A stretch of DNA of 49,858 nt, filler included, from Sphacelaria rigidula (lineage: Eukaryota): the NCBI GenBank assembly GCA_964200075.2. It is 3 parts of 3 records of this genome, joined end to end, with 100 filler letters (N's around TTAATTAATTAA, not from the genome) between each part and the next. Parts side by side here need not be neighbours in the genome. Positions count along the whole stretch, not along the records: positions 16,655 to 33,208 come from CAXNAA020001316.1; positions 33,309 to 49,858 come from CAXNAA020001317.1; 1 more part is not named here. One strand, given 5' to 3'. Within the stretch, counting starts at the first letter, position 1. Each line of letters opens with the position of its first letter. The notes beneath the pieces are model-generated. The model ran no database searches and had not been told where the DNA came from. It worked only from the letters and a program-made list of their open reading frames with translations. Shown one piece after another: positions 23,201 through 35,261 of the stretch. A program made the position numbers and the translations under genes.

Positions 23201-26200
23201 TACTTGTTATGGCGTCCCGGCTCATGACAGAAAACCTCGAAGGGCGATAAGTAACTCTATATATGCCTTGGCACCTCCTGCGGTCTCGGAACAGACAATC
23301 TCCGAATACCGTCTTTGCAGCAAAACGGTCGTGAGAAAACACATTGGAACATTCGTCACATTTCATACAGGATGTTTGCTCCAAAACGCAGCATATTCCA
23401 GGCAGGATAGGCCGAACTCTGGCAGGAAAGGGAGGAGGGCGCAGAAAAGAATAAGAGGGCGCACGTTGAGCACGGCAAAGACATAAACAAGGGGATAGAT
23501 GAGGCAAATGAAGAGACATGTCGACTCAAGGCCTATCGGCCGCGCCGTAGAAGCATACATACATACGTTTTTGTAGTCTGCGCACACACGCACACTTGAG
23601 GATACATTTACACACATGTACTGTCAGGTGTCAGCTCCAACAACTCATGTCGCTGTCAACGTGGCAACCAAGGACGATCACAGCCGTATCAGAAGCGGGG
23701 ATGTGCGGTGCTAATGAGGGGGGGGAGGTACCACCATGAGTAGCGGCAGACATGAGGGCGTCCATGTGATTTTGTTTTCGAGGTATCGACGGTGAACGGC
23801 GTGTATTTGCTATAACTAGTGATGTCCTCGGTCATCCAATCAGGACGAGCTGTCACCACCTGGTTCTTGCAGTTTGGACTGCTTGATCAGAGTGGTGTTC
23901 CGATAGGGCTAGCACTTTCGGGGCCTAATCCCGTCTGGTTCAGGGGCTCCTGAAGATCCTAGATGCTCAAGAATATGGTTCTGGGCACCCCCGTTTGCAA
24001 ATTCATTTGAGACATTCATAGGACATCTATTTCAAAACTCGTGTTGGGGACGACATAAAGGGCTCCGAAAAAAAATCTAATCTGATACCGCGTTTGTGCA
24101 CCCCTATCGCGGCATCATCTATCACATTGTGGGGAGGAACCGTTTCCTTACCGAGCGAAGGAGAAACGCATCCAACGGTTTGGGGTGGCTGACACCTCAT
24201 ATATGTACGTTCCTGTGGATGAATCGTGTTGTAGCCCGCGGTGTAGGTGCAAGCCCGAAACACTACATGTAAATGTCAACCACACCGCCGAAAAGTATAT
24301 GCTGGTGTGGAAAACGCAAAATACTGTGTGGTGCCCTTGTATTTTTCGAGATGAGGGGCAGAGAATGAAGGTATAAGGAATCGTCCGATTCTAGGGGTCG
24401 AAGAAAAGCGAGGGAAAAATTGAAGCGAGGGGGGGCGCAGACAATGACAGAACGGTGTAGAACACACGTGTGCGACCTGGAGATATGCAGGGAAAAATCA
24501 TCGCATCGGACTGAAATACAAAGGGGAAGGGGGGGAATGATGCTTCGTTACCCGTGCTGTCGCGATAACCGCTCTCTCACCTGTCTGTGCCGTGTGTCAA
24601 CGGCGAGCACATAGGTAACGCGAATGCCATTTGGGCTGCTGCGTCTGCTTGCATGGACACGTACTGGAGTGGTTCCATGTTCGCCTTTGCTCTAATGGCA
24701 CCGGAGCTGATGGTGGCCAACCGCTGTCAGTCTGCCGTCAACACCTGAACGAGCGGCGGGATGTCGACGTGCGGCTTTTTCAGGGGCGCCTAGTAGTGCA
24801 CTAGGCTCTGCGGGATCGGTTAAACTCACTTCCGATCGCGACACCTCAACAAATACGCGTGCTTAGGCCCGTGAAGACCTGTCTGCCGCCCGCGGCTCGA
24901 ATGAGTGACACAACGGCCGAGGCGTCCAAATCCACGCCTACTAGCGCAACTGTACGATGACAAAAGGTCTTGAGTCCTGAAAAAGCCGAGGGTGGCGAAG
25001 ATGCATCCCGAAAATACATGAACAGGAGGTGATGGTGACAGTTTGTTTGCAGCTAAGAAGTGAAAAATCTAACTCGGCGTACCAGAGGCATAGCCCGGCG
25101 CAGAAAAGTGCGCAATTTAGTTGTCGTTGAGTGCATGGATGCGCGTTTTTCTCGGGGTTGAATCAACGCCAAGTTACTCAACAAGAGTACGAGGCCAGAG
25201 TCTCCTCATGACTTCTGGGGGTTGGGCTGTCGTAGCCTATTCGCGGCATTTTTTCGTCGTGGGGACGCTGCATACAGAATAAGCTCACGATGTTCTTACC
25301 TTCATATGCTTCTCTTGCCCCGCTGCGGCCTTCTTCATCGCGTAGGGGTTTGCCGTTACCCTCACACCTGCTGCCCCATTCAGGGTGTCGTGAAAAAGCG
25401 TGCAGCTGTGACATTTCATAAACGAGCATCCGGAGCGCATCTTGTAGTGTGGGCGGTGTTTCCCCAACGTGAGGTAAAAGTAGGCCTTACTAACGGCTGC
25501 CGCTCCGACACGAGTCGCCTCTGTCACGTAAGTATCGTACAATTCCTGCCGGACGTCGCGGTGCATCGGAGGAATAAGCAACGCCATGGGTCGCGCGAAT
25601 CTGCGCTTGCGTGGAATCGATAGGGGAGAGGGTCATGCTACGGTAGGACAGCGGGGAGGGGGGAGGGGGTGGTAAGGGGGATTTCGGGCCTTTTTTTTGT
25701 ACGGTATTGTACTTGAAATTGCCGTCGGGAGCAGCAGCGGTTGCTCCAACGCGCTGTCCTAGATAAATAACACTCGCTCATACTGCTTTGCTCCGCTTTT
25801 GCCACAGAACTAGTGCACCGCGAGCGTTTTGGGTCGTCTGCGGTATCTATGGACCAATGTTTTCGTGGGTTCAAACACTTCCCTGCCTTTCGCAGCGTGA
25901 CTCGACGAAAGATACGTGACGGAAAACGTTTGAAAGGCGCGCCTGTTTCTGGAAAAGAAGTATCGATTACGGATGGCGAGTCTCGGTGAGTGTGCTGACA
26001 ACACCGCGCGGTTGCACCACTGCGTGGTGGGAGCGGCTTTCCTAACGGCACAAACAAGGTTTGCAAGTGCAGCTGCTGAGCGCGCACGCGGGACTACAGA
26101 TGAATGCGTCAGAGACTCGCCAACCGCTGTTTGTACGTACCTTTTTCTTGCGCATGTAGAAATATATCGCATCCTCGTGGGGCATGAGCTCACCGTACAC

Positions 26201-26279
26201 GTCGGCATACCAACCCAGGTATGCGAGGAGAGTTCGCTCGCGGTCGGACTCTTTCCTCGCCTGACAGTCGCCGCGATTC
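20300..26279 (-). pseudogene. DUF7869 / Sola-like DDD transposase pseudogene, copy 1; exons 26279-26141, 25545-25300, 24744-24581, 23106-23018, 22758-22509, 21721-21285, about 21148-20300
   Basis: Motifs WYADVYGELMPH, FMKCHSC, SMQADAAAQ (D1), LQLDNCVGKNKN (D2) and FMMVGHTHIMIDQVFSR (D3). There is an in-frame TGA at 24729-24727 and frameshifts in the last exon. Confidence 0.7.
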
Positions 26280-27910
26280 CTGACATATGCAGTGTCGAAA
26301 TAGGCGCGTCGACACGCATTTATTTACGGGCGGTGGCTATTGTCTGATATGCTCGAACCGCGGTGCGGGGAAAATCATGGCCAACCAGGGATCAGAATGC
26401 CCTTAGACGTGGAGTACTTCTGTGGTGGTGCTTCACGGTTACTGTTGGGGTAAGATACAGACTGGGCCAGCCTACAAGCGGATTTGTACTTCGCAGGCGA
26501 ATTCGCAATTTGTTTTCTTGAGTTGGGCAGTAAAATTTGGCATGGACAATCAACAGGGCATGAAGTACAGCTGTCTGTGAAGTCCCGAAGGAATTTGTGA
26601 GGTTGGATTTCATGTTCTTTTTTCATTGATCTCGCGCGTTTGAGTATGGTGGCGACCATTTCTTGACAAGAACGCCCGAACCTCCCATGAAAAAATAATG
26701 AAGGCCTATTTTTTTTTACTCTGCACCTCCGTCGTTTTGCATGCCGAGTTTCAACTCACCATTCCAAAAAATCGAGGCGAAGAATTCAGAAGATCGTGTC
26801 TAGGAGTAATAATTATTTATCCTCGAGACTCCCCCAAAATCACGAAAAAACCCGACAAAGTCGTGGTTTTTATTTCACCATGCTCTACCGGTTCTCCGTA
26901 CCAAAAGCTCATAGCACGACCCCCAAGAGCTGAGACGCGAAATCGAGATGTATGTAATCTAGTGCCTCTGCTCGTAATATGCTGGTTTTAGTATGAACAG
27001 TTATGTGCGCCTCGCATCCCTACAATGCCGGAACGGAGCACGCCGGGTTTTCGCTGGACCAGGCTCACACTCAAACCACCGAGCACGAAGCGCCGTGGTG
27101 TGTCCAGCGAGTCGCATGAAGGGTCAGCTGTATCCTGCTAAGATTGTTCGTCCTCAAGCCAACCGATTATCTTGCATTTGGATGACAGCCCACAATGAGC
27201 TGCTTCATTGTTTGGTATCGCCACTTCCTGAGACAGCCGCGGCTTATACACTGCCTCATGGGTGTCGCTTTTTTTGTTTTGTTTTGGGGGGGGGGCATTC
27301 CTGGCGCCTGCCGAAAAAGGCGTGAAAAATACTTTAAAAGGAAGAAGCAGGCGCCAAACGGGATAGCTACGTGTCGCCACAAAGAGGGGGTGGACCCAGC
27401 AACGGCCCCACGCACCATCGTATGTAACCGCCTCGTCTTTCGGGGGGGAACGAAGTTGTGCCGGCGACGGCAACATCCAGCAGGCTCCCGTTTTAAATTT
27501 CAAAGCCACATGATATCATGATGCCAGCGATACTTCAAACGCTCCCCTTTTTAGTCATTACCTCCGTAAGCGCACTTGAGGTTGAGCTCAACTTGAGGTC
27601 CTCGGGCTTAACCGTTAGACCGCGAGATCCATCTCTCTGGATCATGCATACTGTTTTTCACTTGAAATTGATGCCGATTCAACAGGCAATGCGGTGGGTG
27701 ACAGTACAGATATACGCGCCGCGCCCAGGACGCAGCGCATCGCGCTTGTGTGGTCGTTGTTTGGCTTTATGGGCACGCTGATGTGGCACCAACAACTTTG
27801 TGGGTGCGCACATTTTCCTAGCCGTAAAGCGTAACTATCCGGCGTTGCGGGCTCAAGTTCCGGCGCACGATCCCTCGAAACACGTGACCATCTTACATCC
27901 CCAATGACAG

Positions 27911-30900
27911 GAATCGTACGATGAGTTCGTGGAGGATATGCGTAGTACGGGAGGGGGGGTGGCCGCAAGTCTTAGCTATTTTTACACCACGATGCGCAAG
28001 GACCGACCCCACTACAAGGCCGAGGTCGGCGGCACATTCATGAAGTGTAACGCGTGCACTCTGTACCATGACACCCTTGATGGAATTCTTGTGTGAGGGT
28101 CACCGCTGACCCCGGCAAGATGGAGGAGGTCGCTATGGAGCAGAAGGCGCACTTGCATGTGAGTCGTCTTCTCGTCGAAATTGTCGGCAGCTCGTCATTT
28201 CACGGGATAAACGAGGATACGCAATTTGTGAGATTACGCCACGAATAGCATCCAAAGCAGCCGCAGGTGTATCGAAGCAGTCAAGGGGAGGATATTTCCC
28301 GACCATTATATTTGCTCAGCTCGTACCTGCAGCGACCCGTCGATATCAAATGTTTCGACGCGAGTATGCATCGAAATTCTGTCGAGTAAACTCGCCATCT
28401 CCCTGAGCGACCTCGGTTCATCGCATCACCGTATCGTAGGTCGCGAGTGCCCCTCCATTCAAGTTTCCAAGGTCCATGCGGTCGAGTAGCGTTTCCCAGT
28501 TACACGTGGTCTTGGAGGAAACACTCTCCGCCCAAGCCGCGTATTAACAGCCGACCAGTTCTCTTATCATTTACCTAGCTTTTTTTAGTTCGTTATTTCG
28601 GATTGGTTTCGTTTACTGTGGTGTAGGTTGGTTGATCTCGATAACTGCCTTGGAGGCACAGTGTGTATTTTTATATGAATTTATTAGCTACGTTTGTGTT
28701 TTCAATATTTATGGTTACTTCACGCCTACTGAGCGGGTGTATCTGTGCTTCCTTCAATCCCGAGTTTGTCTCTCATGGGACCACGGCTTGAGGCACATGG
28801 TTTATCCCACTGGTAGACACAAAGCTAGAGATATTCCTTATCAATCTTACGATACGCACATCCCCTCGACCGTTACAGTCGGTGACTCTAGACCGTCAGC
28901 GCCTGGCTTTCATCAGTCAAGCTGCCATTCGAGCGAAGGTCAATCAGGAGCCGTTGAAGTTCGTGTCTCTACAAGCCGATGCAGCAGCTCAAACGGTGTT
29001 CGCTCTACCTATGTGCTCTCCAGTGACGCACGGCACAGACAAGTGAGTATGAACGACAATTGACCGCGCATTCGACGCTGTCCCCCTTTGGTTAGCGCCT
29101 CCAACACTCGCGTACACCCACAGTCATGGCGCTGGTGTATACTCGCTTGCGCGCGCGTCGACGTCGATGTAGACTGTATCGTGTCTGATACGACTCCACG
29201 GTTATGCACGGTGCGCGATGTGGCGACTGGCAGGGGATATGCCGAACGCAAAAACATCATGGCAGTTTTCGTGGAGGGACAGTTCGTGGATTTCTTCCTG
29301 GCACCTCAGACCGTCGGAGGCGGTGAGTTCGAGTACGGTGCTCGTGTTATGCAGTCGCCGAATTATACCGTGAGGCAATCGTCGGCATGATTCGTTCCCA
29401 TCTCGATTGTCTTTTACCGTAGTATCGCCGCCTACCCAATTCGAAGTGAGGAACTGTTCGTCTGCCCTAGTCTATTCGTTCGATACGTCTACCGCCGAGG
29501 CGCGCGGTTCGGTACAGCACACTACACCACAGTCCACCACAGCATTTCTTCCACAAACCTAACAAACATCGCACACTGTCCGTCCCGCCATCCCGCCACC
29601 ACCTTGCCGTGTACTTGTTTTGTAGGTAGTAATCTTATATGCACCTCCATTCACTGGGCACTGACGCGACTGTTCGACACGCACTGCAGCGACGGCACCC
29701 CAGCGTACATCAACGAACTGTACGCCCAATTCGACAACTGCGTGGGGGAAAAGAAGAATCATATCGTTTTGACGTACCTGGGTTCTCTGGTTTCTCGAGG
29801 CGTAATCGGACGGGTTGAGATCAACTTCATGATGGTTGTACAAACCTACATCATGATCGACCAGGTCTTCTCGAGGTGTGTACAAAGAAGCGTGCCCCGA
29901 AATTGACATCGGTATCGCACAGTCGGGGAGCAACACCGCACAACCGCCCACCACACACAACACAACACCTCGCGGCGGACCAGTCTGTGCCTAAAAACCG
30001 AGTAAAGATTTAAAAAAGTTCTGTGCCTGGGGAAGTCTTACGGAGTTGCCAATTGGACGACAGAACCGAATCCCCGCGATGTGTTTGGTACCAATGGCAG
30101 TACGCGCGTATGGCACACGTAAGGATGAATTGTTGCGACAGAGCACCGAGAGCGCGTGTAACCCATATCGTATGTGTTTTACACCGCATAAACTACGGCT
30201 AGACTGTGTAATTGGGGGTGAACGTCGGGGACCTCCGACAGCAATGCATATGTTCGAAATAGAAAAGACAACTGGATCATACGGCTGTGATGTGTGGCCT
30301 CGCTCATCCTAGGGTTAGGCCCTAACCCTAACCCTAAAGCTAACCCCAATGAGATGGAGGGCTCCTATGAATTTCAAACGGTAAAAACATTTTGTGCACC
30401 CCTACCGTGGGATTACTCAGTAAACCTTTGTAATTGACCTTGGTAATCGGGCTGGGAATCGGCTGTAACTTCCCACCTATGTAAAAATATTGAGGGCCGA
30501 GACCGTGGTTAGGTTCGTATTCGCAAAACCTCACTCTTCCTTTTTTAAACGAAGTCTAAGTCATCAAATACCAGAATTTATGGACGAAATTCCAACCAAT
30601 TAAAAATTCGAAATAAAATCCCGGAGTAAGTCGTGTAAATAATGTCGATACGCGGGTGGTCTTTTCCGATGTCAAATTATGTACGGTATCAGTACGACTC
30701 TCACAGGGGTAAGAAGGTACGGTTGCACAGAACATGAGTGTCCAAACATGTCTCGATGTCACGATTTACTTTTGACATCGAAGGGTTAGTATGTGGGTGG
30801 GAGTATGTCATTGATAACCACTTTTCGTACTACATTACGATTGTTTAACAGGATCGCCGTATACTGTCAGGGCAATTGCCTGTTCACGAGACAACAGCAG

Positions 30901-33080
30901 GCAGAGGCCTTCAGTGCCGCGTACACGAGCCTGCCCGTCTACACCACCACTCTCCGATCCTTCGGCAACTTCAAAGGGGCCCTGATAGACGGCGGTCGCG
31001 TGTTTCCCATCGTTGGCATGACGTCGCCATGGTCGTTCGAGATCCGGCCTGCGGGGCCGGCCCAGGTCAGCGTTGGTATGAAGCAGTACATGCACAAGCC
31101 TGACTTCACCGGGATGACGGCTCCCGGTGTCTTCGAAGGCCCCCCACACTTTCGCTTCCGAGCGGGTGTCCCAGATATGGAGCTAGCGCCTCCGTTCAAC
31201 CTGAAGGTCATCGATGCAGCCGCGCGGGTGGGCGTTCTGGCTCGCTATAATGCCGTGCACTGTCGCCTGGTGTCCCTCTACCCCTTAGGTGCGCGTACAC
31301 CGGAGATTCTTGTTTATATTCTGCCGCCCAAACTATCCTCGTGTGCTCGCGCGTGCACGGTTTTTGCAATCGTTTCCCACCTTGCTATAATTGTACCGTT
31401 TGACGCTTCAGCAGCCAGTGTTGATTTAGTCCTTGGTCGGTGGTCTCACGATGTGCTCGGACCGTAAGTCTGTACCCGCTGTACGACGTTATGTCAAAAG
31501 GGTGGAATCTTTTATTGGCTCGTTATTCTCTGTCCTCTCAGAAAGCGGTATTTGTTTTTGTCAAAAAAATGTCGCATAGAGATGGAGCACACCCCTAACG
31601 CAAGGTAGACAGCGAGCCCTCGGGCAACCAAAGTACCGAAGAGTACAATACAGGGATAGGCAAAGTGGGCTTTGTTTTGACTCGAAGTGGCGTCTCTACG
31701 TTACCCCGGGGTACCCAAGTTGCAGTTGAGGGCCTATTCCCGGAGGATTCAGTACTGACAGTTTCATTTGCAGATAGGGCGGTCAGGGTAGACCTGCCGT
31801 CCTCTGTTCACACAGCTTTTGGGGGTTTGTCGGCTACATACGAGTGTGTACTTCTGCGCGCATCGCGTTGCGCAAGAGGCAGGCCGCAAAGGCCGGCAAC
31901 CTCTATGTCAGTTTGGGTATATATATATATTCCTGCTTTATGTAGTTCTGAGTTTGTTACCCACCCTTTTTTTTTAACGGTTTGTATGTGATTGTCCTTC
32001 ACTTTTATCCAACGAGTGTTCCCGTTCCGGTTGTCGATAACGTTACCACTGCTCGATCGCTGGGGGATCATTTGCTGCGCGGCGATCAAGTAATCAATCA
32101 TCTTGCCGAATCAAAACCACGAGGAGGTCGCACACGAGCCGCCCCTGATCCCATCAGACCGCACGCGTGCTCGCAGATTTGGAGAGGCAGGAGACAATAA
32201 AAAACGAAATGGCTACCTCCCACAGACTACTCGACGCAAAGGGCTCCGTGCCTTGAAATCTTCCTTGCCACTGGCTGTGGCGCAACGACGTGCAGCCAGC
32301 CCAAAGGGCGGCGAAAGAGGACTCGGGGACAGATGAATATAGTCTCGGCTATGGGTCGGGTAGGGAGCTGGACACTTCTATTCATGACAAGTCGGGGGGT
32401 GTCGTCCAGTACTCCGGGGTGTGGGGGCAGGGTGGAGCGGGCACCGGCGGTGTCGCCGTCCCTTGTGAGCAACCCGACATTCCCTCATTTGTCAAGGGAG
32501 ATTTTGTTTTCTTCCTCGCCGACGAAGCCCCGTTTTTGGTGGGCAAGGTGATCGACGTACGGGAGACGGTCGGCAGTGAGGCCGACGTTCAGGTGCGCTG
32601 GTGGTCACCTGCGACCTCCAAAGCTCGCGGCGGCGCTGCTGATTGCAGCATCAGAGAATACGGGAAGGGTAAGCTCACCGAAGACTACAAAACCACAGAA
32701 AGTTGTGACGGGGCTGGGGTCGACACCACCACCAGGAAGCGCAAGTTAGCCCCGAACGTGGAGTGGATGGCATCAGATTTGGTCACGGTTTCATGTCGAA
32801 TACTCAATTTCGGGGCCAAGATTCCAAAGGGGCTATTGGATGAAACCATTGTCGCGAAGTCACAACAAGAGAAGAGTAAATGATTGTAAAGGACAGCGTT
32901 CTGGACGTCAAGGTTTGGTCAATAAAGCAGGGCAAGAGGTTCAGACGCCGCGTATAGTGGCTTATGTGGACAGTATATCGTACTTTGATCAACCGCGACG
33001 CAGCGCCGAGAGGGTTGACCGTGGCGTGCGTCGCGCGCTCTTGACCGATACAGACGAAGACGAGATTTCCGTTGGCTTGT
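27911..33080 (+). pseudogene. DUF7869 / Sola-like DDD transposase pseudogene, copy 2; exons 27911-28158, 28879-29042, 29234-29322, 29626-29875, 30852-31288, about 32150-32883
   Basis: Motifs FMKCNAC, SLQADAAAQ, AQFDNCVGEKKN and MIDQVFSR. Exon lengths of 164, 89, 250 and 437 nt equal those of copy 1. Lesions: frameshift near 28090, TGA at 32254-32256, and GHTH changed to VQTY. Confidence 0.7.
31484..31983. mobile_element. Possible approximately 500-bp MITE in a transposase intron
   Basis: CGTTATGTCAAAAGGGTGG on the left versus CCACCCTTTTTTTTTAACG on the right form an imperfect TIR pair. No TSD could be resolved. Confidence 0.35.
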
Positions 33081-33308
33081 AAATTTGACCTCTTGTAAAT
33101 TTCACACCACCCCTTGCTCGACCGTCGAAGGGTCATCCTACGATAGGGGGGGGTGTACTCATGATCATGCTTGCCATAGTCATCAGACCATTGACCTCGC
33201 ATCCCTACNNNNNNNNNNNNNNNNNNNNNNNNNNNNNNNNNNNNNNNNNNNNTTAATTAATTAANNNNNNNNNNNNNNNNNNNNNNNNNNNNNNNNNNNN
33301 NNNNNNNN

Positions 33309-33541
33309 ACCCCTACCATCTGCCGTGCAGCCATAGCATACACAGCTTGTACACAAGCCTGACACAAGCCGGGAAAAGCCGTTCATGCACATGCTGCACA
33401 GTATAGTATCTACTATCGTCATGATCCATTTCATCAGGAGGTACCTACCTGTCCAAAATGCCCCCCCCCCCACCCGTCGCCCAGAATGAGGTTTTCGGGA
33501 ATCGGGGGCGGTGAATAACGTGTTTCAGTCTGTAAGGACCC
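33309..33541. repeat. Interspersed repeat A, copy 2
   Basis: Direct match to 788-1017. Confidence 0.8.
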
Positions 33542-34282
33542 TTGACTGCTGCATCATGTATCACAAGTGTAGTGGCATTTATTTGTTTTCGTACGTGGGT
33601 TAGGGTGTAGGTGTGCAGGTCGTGGCCTTCACACTCAATGACTGAGGAAAAGCTCCATTTTAAAATAAAAAATGAGCATCAAAACTTCGAATGCCCAACT
33701 CATCGTCTTGTCCTCATGCTGGAAGGCGCGCCTCGTGAGGAGATACTGCCACAACACCACAACAAGGACGGGAATACGGTGCATAAAGCGCGCCTAATTT
33801 GCGCTAAAAAGGGTTAAAGTGGGCCTTCAGAAAATGAAAAGCTTATACAAAAATATAGAAGGAGCTGACTTTCAAGAAAAAAAGCGCACGCGGAAATAAA
33901 GCCTTTAATACCAGCATTGGGTTCTGTGCTGTGATGACCGATGACAGGCTCCCACCAACAGCCGTTGGTATATATATACAGTATATTTTTTCGACAAATG
34001 AAAAATTACGGAATTCGTCCACAGTACCTGTGCAGGTGTATTTCAACTTTAGGACAACATGAGAACACTCGAATCTGACCTGTTGTACCATGTTCGACGC
34101 CAGGCCCAGGCTCCACGGTACTCTACTCCCTGGAAAAGCTGTACGGTACCGTTTCTAGAGCTAGCATGAAAATCTCAGCGACAGACAGTACAGGCAGCAC
34201 AGCGGTGGCGGTCGGCGCCGGAATGCCCGCATGTGCGGACTTTCGGAGTTTGCATCAGGGGAGCATCGGCGATTGTACTCAC

Positions 34283-34531
34283 TCGTTCAGCTTTATTCCT
34301 GAGCTTCTCCTTCGTTTTTTCGCTCTCGATTTCCGCCAATTCCGCTGCGCTTGGATCATGCCGAGCTTCACGAGACCGCGGCACCCCGACTGACACCTCA
34401 TCCGAGAAACCAGGGGAGGCCAGCATCTGCATGATGGGGCTATGCATCACTTGCAAAGGATAATGGCGGTCATACTCAATATCCCCCAAGACCGTATCAT
34501 TTCGTCTAACGGACTCTATGCGGGAAGACAT
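34283..34531 (-). CDS. Putative exon of an unknown gene divergent from the permease
   Basis: Open frame MSSRIESVRR...AELAEIESEKTKEKLRNKAER ends at a strong GTGAGT donor (34282). No homology recognised and no partner exons found. Confidence 0.3.
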
Positions 34532-34983
34532 GACAACAGCCAGCAGGAACGAGGTACGAAGACACAAGGCTGACGAGAAAACGGCAGAAATAATAGTTGA
34601 GGGGTACGGTAGTCGCGGTCTGCCTTGGATCCTCTTCAGTCCGACATGCAGAACTTCAGATGTGAAGAAGACAGCAGACAGTACCAAGCGGGGAGTATAG
34701 TTCAGACCCGTTTGTCGATTGGTGTCGATTCTGCCGGTTCACGAACGACCTCTGTACGTCACAAGCGGGTCATAGCACCTAACGACCAGTTACCAGCTTG
34801 CCCAAAACGTACTCCAACGTCTCACACCGTCAGCAGCGATCAGCTCCTCTCAAAGGAACGATTCGCAGTTGTAAGTGCAATACAAAGTGCAGCAGGAGAC
34901 ACTGGTACCACATAGCCAGTAAGATACGGTACGGCACTGCCTGAACATCGTCTCACATATCCACGCTGGCTCACGAGAAGGCA

Positions 34984-35193
34984 GGAGGATTTCAAATAGA
35001 CTGCGAGGCTGGGAACCCGGACGGCGAATACCATAGAAAAGTGTAGTTGACACCGAGCAAGGCAAGACGAACGTCGTATCTCTCTGCTGGAGGATTTCAA
35101 ATAGACTGGGAGGCTGGGAATCCGAACGGCGAATACACGAGATTCTTGTAGCTGACACCGAGCAAGGCAAAACGAACGCCATATCTCTCTGCT
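34984..35193 (+). repeat. 105-bp tandem duplication just upstream of the permease start codon
   Basis: GGAGGATTTCAAATAGACTG.GAGGCTGGGAA...GACACCGAGCAAGGCAA.ACGAACG...TATCTCTCTGCT occurs at 34984 and 35089. Confidence 0.85.
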
Positions 35194-35261
35194 CTGTACT
35201 GTGCTGTACTACACTATTGTACCTGTACTGTTCTTCTCTACCGCTAGTGCCCAAGGCTGGA

